Positions 47,021 to 55,093 of a stretch of DNA of 64,000 nt are shown one piece after another. The notes below the pieces were generated by a model that ran no database searches, was not told where the DNA came from, and saw only the letters and a list, made by a program, of their open reading frames with translations. Each line of letters starts with the position of its first letter. Positions within the stretch are counted from its first letter, which is position 1. The DNA is from a virus. The position numbers and the translations under genes are program-made. Where the stretch lies: the IMG/VR virus record IMGVR_UViG_3300035157_000972. The stretch is one strand, 5' to 3'.

Positions 47021-49888
47021 ATGTCTAGAGCAAGAGAACTTGCGAAGGCGGGTGGCGTACAACAACGTATTGCTGGTTTCAGTAGTCACGTTGGAATGTC
47101 TACATTCTTGGCAGCAGTCCACATGGAGAATAATCTCACTGTGGATGGAAATGCTAGTGTAGGCGGTAACCTTACAGTTACAGGTACGACAACCTTCAAT
47201 GGTGGAACACTTACACTTGGTGATGCTAATACTGACAACGTAGTATTTGGTGGAGAGGTTGATAGTAATATCATACCCGATGATGACGGTTCATTCGACT
47301 TAGGGTCGTCAACAAAAGAATGGAATGATTTATTCATAGATGGTACAGCACACATTGACACATTAGATGTTGATGAAAACGCAGGTATCATAGGTAATCT
47401 AACCCTAACAGGTAACGGAGATTTCAACGGAGACTTAGACGTTGATGGTACAACAAACCTAGATGTCGTTGACATCGATGGTGCTGTTGACATGGCATCT
47501 ACTCTAACGATAGCAGGCAACATTGATGCTAACGGAGATTTAGATGTTGACGGTACAACTAACTTAGATGCTGTCGATATAGATGGTGCTGTAGATATGG
47601 CATCAACATTGACATTAGCAGGCAACGCTGACTTCAATGGAGAATTAGATGTTGACGGTACAACTAACTTAGATGTCGTTGATATAGATGGTGCTGTAGA
47701 TATGGCATCAACATTGACATTGGCAGGGAATGCCGACTTCAATGGAAACTTAGACGTTGATGGCACAACAGATTTAGATACAACAAACGTCGTTGGAACT
47801 CTTACTGTTACAGGAGACATTGCTGCAGACAACGTTACTGTAAATGGCAACACAGTATCAACATCATCAGGTAATCTTACTTTAGATTCTAATGGTGGAA
47901 CTGTTGCAGTTGCTGATAATATCACAGTAAGTGGTAACGGTTCTGTCACAGGAACGTTTGATGTTGACGGAGCAACAACTCTTGATGGATTGACTGTTGC
48001 AGAAGGTGCTTCATTCTCATCCACACTTGACGTTGATGGTGCAACCACTCTTGACGGTCTTACAGTTGCAGAAAATGCTACATTCTCAGCAGCGATAGAC
48101 GTTGATGGTCATACAGACCTTGATAATGTCAGTGTTGCAGGTGTTTCAACATTCGCTTCGGGTGTTACCATAACAGGTGCTCTTGATGCTAACGGTGGAG
48201 CAAGTATTGATAACATTCAAATTGGTGTCACCAATAACAATGAATTAGATACTTCTTCAGGAAACTTAGTGATTGATTCGGCAGGCGGTACAGTCACAGT
48301 TGATGACAACTTGACAGTCTCAGGTAACTTGACAGTCAATGGTACAACAACTACCATTAACTCTACCACAGTTGCTATTGATGACAAAAACTTCCAAGTT
48401 GCAACAGGTGCTGCAGATGACGCTGCTGCTGATGGTGCCGGTCTAACAGTAGACTCAGGCGATGGAGACAAGACGTTCAACTTTGAAGCAACAGGCGATA
48501 ACTGGGGTGCTTCCGAGAACTTGAACCTTGCAAGTGGAAAGGTATATAAGATAAACAATAGTTCAATATTGAGTGCTACAACACTTGGTTCAAGTGTAGT
48601 GAATAGTTCACTAACAACTCTTGGAACAATTTCAACAGGTGTGTGGAACGGTACAGCAATCGGAAATGCTTACCTAGCAAACTCAACTATGAGTGTCGGT
48701 GGTGTTACTCTAACACTAGGTGGAACTGATGCAACTCCGGCGTTCAATCTGACAGATGCTACAAACTATCCTACAAGTAGTTTGAGTGGTACTATAACCA
48801 ACGCTCAGTTAGCAGGGTCAATAGCAAACGGTAAGTTAGCAAACTCTAGTGTATCTTATGGTGGTGTATCACTATCATTAGGTGGAACTGATGCAACTCC
48901 AGCATTCGATCTTTCTGATGCTACTAACTATCCTACTTCAAGTTTGAGTGGTACTATAACCAATGCTCAACTTGCAGGTTCTATTGCAGCAAGTAAGTTA
49001 GCAGGTTCAATCGGCGATAGCAAACTATCAACAATCTCAACTGCCAATAAGGTTTCAATCAGTGCATTGAACATTGATGGTGGTACAGATATTGGTGCTG
49101 CTTTAGTTGATGCTGACGAAATCATCGTTGACGATGGTGGTGGTGGAACGAATAGACGTTCCGACATGAGTAGAGTCAAGACATACATCTACGGTGCAAT
49201 GTCTGGAGACGCTACTGCTAGTTCTGCCGGAGCAGTAACACTTGCAAACTCAGGTGTTAGTGCCGGAAGTTACGGTTCTGCAACTGCAATTCCTGCAATC
49301 ACAGTTGATGCTAAAGGACGTATTACATCGTTATCAACAAACACTGTAAACACAACCACAAACTTAGGAAGTTCAACAGCAACTGACGAAATCACTATCA
49401 CAAGTAGTACTGGAAACAACGTCACAATTGGCGAGGCAACTGGTTCTATTGCAGGTTTGATGTCGGTAGCACATCATGATAAATTGGACGGAATTGAAGC
49501 GTCAGCGACTGCCGATCAGACAGCATCAGAAATCTTGACACTTATCAAGACAGTTGATGGTGCCGGTTCTGGACTAGATGCTGACACACTTGATGGCATC
49601 AGTAGTGCTTCGTTCCTAAGATCAGATACTTCTGATACATTCTCAGGTACACTAACAGTTTCGGGTAATATCTTACCTAATGCTAACGGTACTCGTGATT
49701 TAGGAGCATCAGGTACAAGATGGGCAAACGTCTACAGTTCTGACTTAGACTTATCAAACCAAGCGAAGGGTGCAAACTCGGTCGATGGAACTTGGGGATC
49801 TTACCTCATTGAAGAGGGAGAAGATCATTTATTCCTAACCAATAGACGTAGCGGTAAGAAATACCGTTTCGTACTAGAGGAAGTATAA
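47021..49888 (+). CDS. Tail fibre protein with internal repeats
   Basis: 'MSRARELAK', LDVDG repeats, 'DGAGSGLDADTLDG', same C-terminal domain as 45096-46988. Confidence 0.8.
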   Translation: MSRARELAKAGGVQQRIAGFSSHVGMSTFLAAVHMENNLTVDGNASVGGNLTVTGTTTFNGGTLTLGDANTDNVVFGGEVDSNIIPDDDGSFDLGSSTKEWNDLFIDGTAHIDTLDVDENAGIIGNLTLTGNGDFNGDLDVDGTTNLDVVDIDGAVDMASTLTIAGNIDANGDLDVDGTTNLDAVDIDGAVDMASTLTLAGNADFNGELDVDGTTNLDVVDIDGAVDMASTLTLAGNADFNGNLDVDGTTDLDTTNVVGTLTVTGDIAADNVTVNGNTVSTSSGNLTLDSNGGTVAVADNITVSGNGSVTGTFDVDGATTLDGLTVAEGASFSSTLDVDGATTLDGLTVAENATFSAAIDVDGHTDLDNVSVAGVSTFASGVTITGALDANGGASIDNIQIGVTNNNELDTSSGNLVIDSAGGTVTVDDNLTVSGNLTVNGTTTTINSTTVAIDDKNFQVATGAADDAAADGAGLTVDSGDGDKTFNFEATGDNWGASENLNLASGKVYKINNSSILSATTLGSSVVNSSLTTLGTISTGVWNGTAIGNAYLANSTMSVGGVTLTLGGTDATPAFNLTDATNYPTSSLSGTITNAQLAGSIANGKLANSSVSYGGVSLSLGGTDATPAFDLSDATNYPTSSLSGTITNAQLAGSIAASKLAGSIGDSKLSTISTANKVSISALNIDGGTDIGAALVDADEIIVDDGGGGTNRRSDMSRVKTYIYGAMSGDATASSAGAVTLANSGVSAGSYGSATAIPAITVDAKGRITSLSTNTVNTTTNLGSSTATDEITITSSTGNNVTIGEATGSIAGLMSVAHHDKLDGIEASATADQTASEILTLIKTVDGAGSGLDADTLDGISSASFLRSDTSDTFSGTLTVSGNILPNANGTRDLGASGTRWANVYSSDLDLSNQAKGANSVDGTWGSYLIEEGEDHLFLTNRRSGKKYRFVLEEV
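47429..47773 (+). repeat. 105-bp (35-aa) coding tandem repeat, about 3.3 copies
   Basis: GDLDVDGTTNLDVVDIDGAVDMASTLT.AGN.D.N units start at 47429, 47534, 47639 and 47744. Confidence 0.9.
48698..49000 (+). repeat. 162-bp (54-aa) coding duplication
   Basis: GGV.L.LGGTDATPAF.L.DATNYPTSSLSGTITNAQLAGSIA at 48698 and 48860. Confidence 0.9.
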
Positions 49889-49891
49889 ATA
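49884..49891 (+). promoter_or_regulatory. T4-type late promoter
   Basis: TATAAATA upstream of AGGAG and ATG 49912. Confidence 0.7.
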
Positions 49892-49911
49892 CCAAAAGGA
49901 GATAAACACAA

Positions 49912-50667
49912 ATGGCTTTATACGGAGACGGTTCAAACGTCAATAAGACAACGAGTGCATCGGCAGCGACCTATGGTTCAGCATCTGCAGTTCCTCAGAT
50001 AACAGTAGATGCCAACCAGAGAATTAGTTCTATATCTAACGTATCAATAACACTTGATGCTTCGATAAATGCTAACGCATCTGTTGGAGACGTAGGAACA
50101 TACGCTTTCCTACAACAGGCAAACACCAACTCAGCAGTGAACGCCGGTTCTACTGCAGCAGGGTCAACACTTCGTTACTCTGATGCTACAGGTAGAATGA
50201 ACGGAACTCCTTCAGGAAACTGGAGATGTATGGGTTACGACTCAGGTGCAGCGTTAGCAAACTCATCTAACACTGGTTCTGCTTCTGCAAACGCTTCGGG
50301 TAACATATCTGGTTCATTACAAGGTGGACAAGTTCAAGGTAACGCTTCGTTACAGGGTGGAGAAGTTCAAGGTAATGCTTCACTACAAGGTGGAGAAGTA
50401 CAGGGTAACGTCAATACTAACGGTAGTTTGGGTCTACATATCAGATCACAAAACACAAAAGGTAGTTTGAACGTACCCACAAGTGGACTAAACGTTGGTG
50501 GTAACGTTGGAACTTCGGGTCTAAACGTTGGTGGTAACGTCGGTACAAATGGACTCGATGTATCAGGTAACGTTGGTGGCACAGCAACTGTCAACGTTTC
50601 AGTGAACTCAGTAAGCACAAACACAACGGTTGCATATTCGTCAACCTTGTGGTTACGTTATTCATAG
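49912..50667 (+). CDS. Tail fibre tip / receptor-binding protein
   Basis: 'DVGTYAFL..GSTLRYS..PSGNWRCMG..TLWLRYS' fibre-tip motifs around a repeat insertion. Confidence 0.65.
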   Translation: MALYGDGSNVNKTTSASAATYGSASAVPQITVDANQRISSISNVSITLDASINANASVGDVGTYAFLQQANTNSAVNAGSTAAGSTLRYSDATGRMNGTPSGNWRCMGYDSGAALANSSNTGSASANASGNISGSLQGGQVQGNASLQGGEVQGNASLQGGEVQGNVNTNGSLGLHIRSQNTKGSLNVPTSGLNVGGNVGTSGLNVGGNVGTNGLDVSGNVGGTATVNVSVNSVSTNTTVAYSSTLWLRYS

Positions 50668-50676
50668 GAGGTTTCA

Positions 50677-51087
50677 ATGGCGTACACAATCAAAGCAGCG
50701 AGAAACCCCCAGTGGGTTGACTCGAATCATAATATGATAGACCTAGAGGTCAATTTTGAAGAGTTGGAGGAAGAGTGGTTACCTTACACATCAAGTCCAA
50801 CTGATGTGTGTGAACACTCAAGAACACTTTACACTCGTGCATCAGCAGGGGAGTTTGGTGAGGTTAGCACAGAATATACATTTACAGAAGATGATAGATG
50901 GACACCTGTATTACAGAACACATCTGAGGTATCAGTAGAAGCATTAGTTCAGATTCTTCTTGAGAAAGGAGTTGTATCTGATGATGATGTTGATATGATT
51001 CTAGTAGATATAGCAAAACCAATCGGTTTTACTAGACCTACTAAAGATGGTACTAACCCAGTATGGCATAGTCCTTTATCTAATTGA
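50677..51087 (+). CDS. Tail fibre assembly chaperone (Tfa-like)
   Basis: 'ARNPQW..IDLEVNFEEL..LPYTSSP.D..HSRTLY.RA..GEFGEV'. Confidence 0.7.
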   Translation: MAYTIKAARNPQWVDSNHNMIDLEVNFEELEEEWLPYTSSPTDVCEHSRTLYTRASAGEFGEVSTEYTFTEDDRWTPVLQNTSEVSVEALVQILLEKGVVSDDDVDMILVDIAKPIGFTRPTKDGTNPVWHSPLSN

Positions 51088-52055
51088 TTACTGCAGAGCA
51101 AAGCGACAAGTGGCAGCACTCGTTTCAGAGGTATTTGGGGTTCGACTCCAATACCTCTTTTTCGTTTGGAATTTTGCCGGGTGTATGTCGTGAAGCAATG
51201 GGTAGAAGAGATTGGGTTTACACCAACCCACAATTATTTTGCACTGACAAATTATATTCGTGGAGTGACTTTCATCATAAGAGGTTATGTAAAGAAGGAC
51301 GTCGAGTTACATCATACTATGGTTCTGCCCCATGGTTGTGGGACTTAGATCCAGCAGCAGGTGAAACTGGCGGATCATTGTTTTTTCTACCACGAGACGA
51401 TTGTGGTACTATAAGAGACGCTGATATTAACATAGTACAAGATGCGATAGATTCAGCACCAGAACCAATCACTTTCCTGCTGCCATGGCGTTTATGTGAC
51501 CAGTGGAAAAGTTGGGAACAACTGGCACTGCCGGGTCATGCAGACCTCGTGCAAATGTCAGATCGTAGCACAAGACAACTTATATTAACAAAACTATTCC
51601 AGAAGCATGAGTATGTGTACTTGCCGTGGGTGGGCACTGACTTATATTACGCCGAGTTCCTTGATAAGAAAATCGTGATTTATGATAGTATAAAGAACTA
51701 TAGAAAGAGAACACTGGAGGAGCAGGAAGAAGTGGGCACAAAAAGTTGGATCACCCGTAATTTAGTATGGGGTTACGACTTTCTAAATGATGACCAGAAA
51801 GAGTTTTTACATCATACAGAGAAGTGGTACGATATGAGTATAGACGATAGAAAATTCCTAACATCAATGATGCTAGGATTAGATGCTTTGAAGTCTCCTC
51901 GTGAATTATATGACGATCTGGTTCGTGTCGGATACCTTCACAAAGAAAAATTTAGTGGTATAGAGAAATATAATCAAACTTATGAGTGGTTGAAGGAAAA
52001 ATGTGTAGATTTTACCCCAAGTGAAGAAACTCAGCAAATATATGCAAAACTGTAA
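51084..52055 (+). CDS. Hypothetical protein
   Basis: 323-aa ORF with TTG start overlapping the upstream stop; no family recognised. Confidence 0.55.
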   Translation: MITAEQSDKWQHSFQRYLGFDSNTSFSFGILPGVCREAMGRRDWVYTNPQLFCTDKLYSWSDFHHKRLCKEGRRVTSYYGSAPWLWDLDPAAGETGGSLFFLPRDDCGTIRDADINIVQDAIDSAPEPITFLLPWRLCDQWKSWEQLALPGHADLVQMSDRSTRQLILTKLFQKHEYVYLPWVGTDLYYAEFLDKKIVIYDSIKNYRKRTLEEQEEVGTKSWITRNLVWGYDFLNDDQKEFLHHTEKWYDMSIDDRKFLTSMMLGLDALKSPRELYDDLVRVGYLHKEKFSGIEKYNQTYEWLKEKCVDFTPSEETQQIYAKL

Positions 52056-52141
52056 CATTTGATACCAAACTGCTCCCTCCAGAATCGCCTGTAAGGTGCC
52101 TGTTTTTATGTCTAGGTATGATAGTAACCCCCCAAAATGGG

Positions 52142-52984
52142 TCAGGTTACGTTCCAATCAATTTTGGTGCGAATTTTTTCGTTATACTTCCATATCTCCT
52201 TGAACATCTTACTATTCAGTCCTACTTCGTCAAACTGAGCGATCAAAGAGTTCAAATCTTTGGGGAAACATGTTCCTCCAAATCCTCTATCATTATCTAC
52301 ACCCGGAACTTCACTATGTGATTTTCCTATTCGTGGGTCTGCAACCACACCTCGTCTTACATCATTATAATCCATTTCGTGTTTCTCACAGAAGTCATAC
52401 ATCTTATTGAAGTATGCAACCTTGTATGCTAGAAAGACATTAGAAAAATATTTCACTGCTTCACTTTCATTACTTGTCATATAATGTGTCTCAGTATCAT
52501 TAAAATAATAACTATAGAATCTTCCTAACTTACTACTATAATGCTGTCTTGCTCCTATGATGGTTCGTGGTGCATCACGAAAATCCTTCACAGCATTTCT
52601 TGCTGTCAGAAACTCAGGATTATGACACACAGTATGACCTATCTCAGCATATTTCTCAGTAGTTCCAACTGGAACTGTTGACTTGATGACATATAGAGGG
52701 TCATCATAGGCATCACTATCCAACATTTCAAGCGATTGATATGGGTCTAACTTACTAAAAAATTCGTCTAAGTATGTCAGGTCACATGTTCCGTCCATTT
52801 TCATGGGAGTGGGTAAACATACGAAAACAATACTTTGCTTCGTGGTTTCTTCAAAAGTATTCAATGATCTCAATGGGTCAACATCATATACCTTTGTTTC
52901 TACTTTATCTCTTACATTCTGATATATTGCATTTCCTACAAATCCATTACCTACGATACCAACAGTCAATCTATCTGAATACAT
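52142..52984 (-). CDS. ugd: UDP-glucose/GDP-mannose 6-dehydrogenase family protein
   Basis: 'GIVGNGFVG', 'CLPTP', 'KSTVPVGT', 'NPEFL', catalytic Cys in 'GFGGTCFPKD'; lacks the C-terminal domain. Confidence 0.88.
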   Translation of the reverse strand: MYSDRLTVGIVGNGFVGNAIYQNVRDKVETKVYDVDPLRSLNTFEETTKQSIVFVCLPTPMKMDGTCDLTYLDEFFSKLDPYQSLEMLDSDAYDDPLYVIKSTVPVGTTEKYAEIGHTVCHNPEFLTARNAVKDFRDAPRTIIGARQHYSSKLGRFYSYYFNDTETHYMTSNESEAVKYFSNVFLAYKVAYFNKMYDFCEKHEMDYNDVRRGVVADPRIGKSHSEVPGVDNDRGFGGTCFPKDLNSLIAQFDEVGLNSKMFKEIWKYNEKIRTKIDWNVT

Positions 52985-53007
52985 ATTCTATTTGTAAAGT
53001 ACATTAT

Positions 53008-53036
53008 ATTATACCACACCTATTCGTCCTTGTCAA
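53008..53036 (-). promoter_or_regulatory. Consensus sigma70 promoter for ugd
   Basis: Reverse strand reads TTGACA-17 bp-TATAAT with extended -10 TG. Confidence 0.75.
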
Positions 53037-53853
53037 GGAAGAAATCAAAATCATTTATCGCTCTATCGTCCACATACACCCATGCTCTTGGTTTACCAAA
53101 GAACAACTTAGTGTATTTCACACCCCACTCTTTGAGTTGCTTCTCAGTTCGTGACCTGACATGATAGTCTGCTTCTCTTTGTTGAGCAAGTATATCATCA
53201 GGGTATCGAGTACTACTATGAACGAACCCTCTTGCTGTCATAAGATATATTGTAGCACCTTCGTCAAAAAGTTTATTCACCCTTTCTATCCTGCTCGGTA
53301 TGGGTATCGCTTGAAATGGAGTTCCCTTGTGTGGTTCAGTCAAAGTTCCGTCTATATCAATACAATAGATATTATCTCTAAATTCACTCACATCTACATT
53401 ATTTTGAACAACTTTTGGGAGAGTTGGCAAATGAACACCAGTTTGTTGCATAAGCATGTAGATAGCGTACATTGCTCGACATTCAAATTGATGATAATGT
53501 GTTGATTCTACCTTTATTGTTGATATTGTTTCGTGATATATTGGACTCAATAATATAACATTATCATTCTCTAATGATCGTGTAAGTGGACTTTCAACTC
53601 GACATGTGATGGCAATAATCAAATCAGCACCAGTTCGTGCATATTCCAACCAAGATTCTTTCCAGTCTCCGTCTCCTCCTAGTGCAGTCAGATTGACTGC
53701 ATCAGGAGCAAAGCAAAACTTACCAGTATGGCGGTAGATGTCACTTGCCATGTGTTGAGCAATGGCAAGATTACCCCCTGTACCCACTAGAGCAATACGA
53801 TTTGCATTTTTGAACTTGGTTTTGATCTCTTCGTTTATAAGGAGATTCATCAT
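53020..53853 (-). CDS. SIS (GmhA-like sugar-phosphate isomerase)-HAD phosphatase fusion
   Basis: N-terminal 'VGTGGNLAIAQHMASD'; C-terminal 'IDIDGTL', 'MTARG', 'GKP..YVDDRA'. Confidence 0.75.
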   Translation of the reverse strand: MMNLLINEEIKTKFKNANRIALVGTGGNLAIAQHMASDIYRHTGKFCFAPDAVNLTALGGDGDWKESWLEYARTGADLIIAITCRVESPLTRSLENDNVILLSPIYHETISTIKVESTHYHQFECRAMYAIYMLMQQTGVHLPTLPKVVQNNVDVSEFRDNIYCIDIDGTLTEPHKGTPFQAIPIPSRIERVNKLFDEGATIYLMTARGFVHSSTRYPDDILAQQREADYHVRSRTEKQLKEWGVKYTKLFFGKPRAWVYVDDRAINDFDFFLDKDE

Positions 53854-54551
53854 AGTTTGGATTCTACCTCTTTTATATGGTGTGGACGGTCAACTGATCT
53901 TATCTTACCACAATTTAGGTCGTATGGCACAACATTATATTTGCCACAGAAACCAATGGTATCAAGACCTTTCCAGTATTTCACAATACCCATATCACAA
54001 TTAGGAAAGTCTCGAATTACGTCTATCTTATACAAATAAAAACCTAACTGAACTACTATATTATCGCACACTATCTCACATTCTCTCATCATATTTGTTA
54101 TCACACCATTATTACATATCATTTTTACTACATCTTCGTCCTGTAAGTCACTTTGCTCCAACTGTCTCATGGGTTGCACCATGTCACAGTGGTGTCTCAC
54201 ACCAAACTTTATTACCTGATCTAACCAGTCAGGTTGAGTTAGCGGTTCGTCTCCCTGCAAATTAAGAATGAAATCACTTTCCACATTTTGAGATACTTCT
54301 GCAACTCTATGAGTGCAAGTGTAGTGCTTTCCTGTAAGTCTGGATTCATAACCCTCCTTTTTGCAAAGATCAACAATTTCGTTATCTTCAGTAGCAACGA
54401 TAACATTGTCAATATATTTAGACTTTCGTGCTATGTCGGCAACCCTGAGAACCATTGCCCTGTCATTGATGAGAGCAAGGGGTTTTCTCGGAAACCTAGA
54501 TGACGACAGTCTAGCAGGGATTACACATGTAATCTTCTGACCTAAGTACAT
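53850..54551 (-). CDS. kdsB: KdsB-like acylneuraminate/Kdo cytidylyltransferase
   Basis: 'VIPARLSSSRFPRKPL', 'VATED', 'NLQGDEP', 'VVK', 'SVDRP'. Confidence 0.85.
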   Translation of the reverse strand: MYLGQKITCVIPARLSSSRFPRKPLALINDRAMVLRVADIARKSKYIDNVIVATEDNEIVDLCKKEGYESRLTGKHYTCTHRVAEVSQNVESDFILNLQGDEPLTQPDWLDQVIKFGVRHHCDMVQPMRQLEQSDLQDEDVVKMICNNGVITNMMRECEIVCDNIVVQLGFYLYKIDVIRDFPNCDMGIVKYWKGLDTIGFCGKYNVVPYDLNCGKIRSVDRPHHIKEVESKL

Positions 54552-54632
54552 AGTTTTTTATTCATATAGATATGGTAACATTGGTTGCGAAAAAATGCAA
54601 CGTGGAGTATTATATAGTTTTACAGTCAATCT

Positions 54633-54908
54633 ATGAGAAGAATCAATCTAGGAGACATAGTAAGGTCAGGAGACGATACTGGCGAGGTCTGTTTCATTTC
54701 TTCTTCATATTTTTGCATGTGTGTTAGGTTGGGGGAGATCGCATTGTATGATGTAAAAGTGCTTGTATCTAGAACATTAGACAACTTCGAGATAGTACGC
54801 AAGGTGGATAGTGACAGTTTAGAGACTGTCACAAAGGAGATTGAAAAGAAATACAGATATAATAGAGTAAGATCAAATCAAAAATGGAGAGTACCTTATG
54901 TTATCTGA
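54633..54908 (+). CDS. Hypothetical protein
   Basis: 91-aa ORF, first gene of the rightward block. Confidence 0.5.
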   Translation: MRRINLGDIVRSGDDTGEVCFISSSYFCMCVRLGEIALYDVKVLVSRTLDNFEIVRKVDSDSLETVTKEIEKKYRYNRVRSNQKWRVPYVI

Positions 54909-55071
54909 AAACGAGTACAACCTTATAGTATATTGCTTGGAACAGCAAATGTACGAGTTCACACCTGATGAGCAAAAAGATGCTAATAATATAGTAGTCA
55001 AATTATCAGAGCATGTGACAGTTGACAAGGTGGCACACAGACACGAGCGTAGAGATTTAGACAGACTATAA
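54898..55071 (+). CDS. Small hypothetical protein (57 aa, not in ORF track)
   Basis: MLSENEYNLIVYCLEQQMYEFTPDEQKDA...; GGAG upstream. Confidence 0.45.
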   Translation: MLSENEYNLIVYCLEQQMYEFTPDEQKDANNIVVKLSEHVTVDKVAHRHERRDLDRL

Positions 55072-55072
55072 T
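55015..55072 (+). promoter_or_regulatory. Early-type promoter module with upstream palindromic box
   Basis: GTGACAGT-N6-GGTGGCAC then TATAAT (55067); related boxes at 57351, 59016, 60347, 60979 and 61786. Confidence 0.65.
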
Positions 55073-55093
55073 GGTAGTATAACAACAAAGATT

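Noticed and set aside
47086-48048. 320-aa minus-strand ORF, and similar ones at 41208, 45662, 46208, 48217, 28316 and 57949
   Set aside because: Antisense shadows of Gly/Thr/Asp-rich genes; low-complexity products with no motifs.
47429-50577. Tandem repeats as a possible CRISPR array or diversity-generating retroelement
   Set aside because: In-frame coding repeats varying mainly at synonymous positions; no unique spacers, adenine-specific variation or reverse transcriptase.
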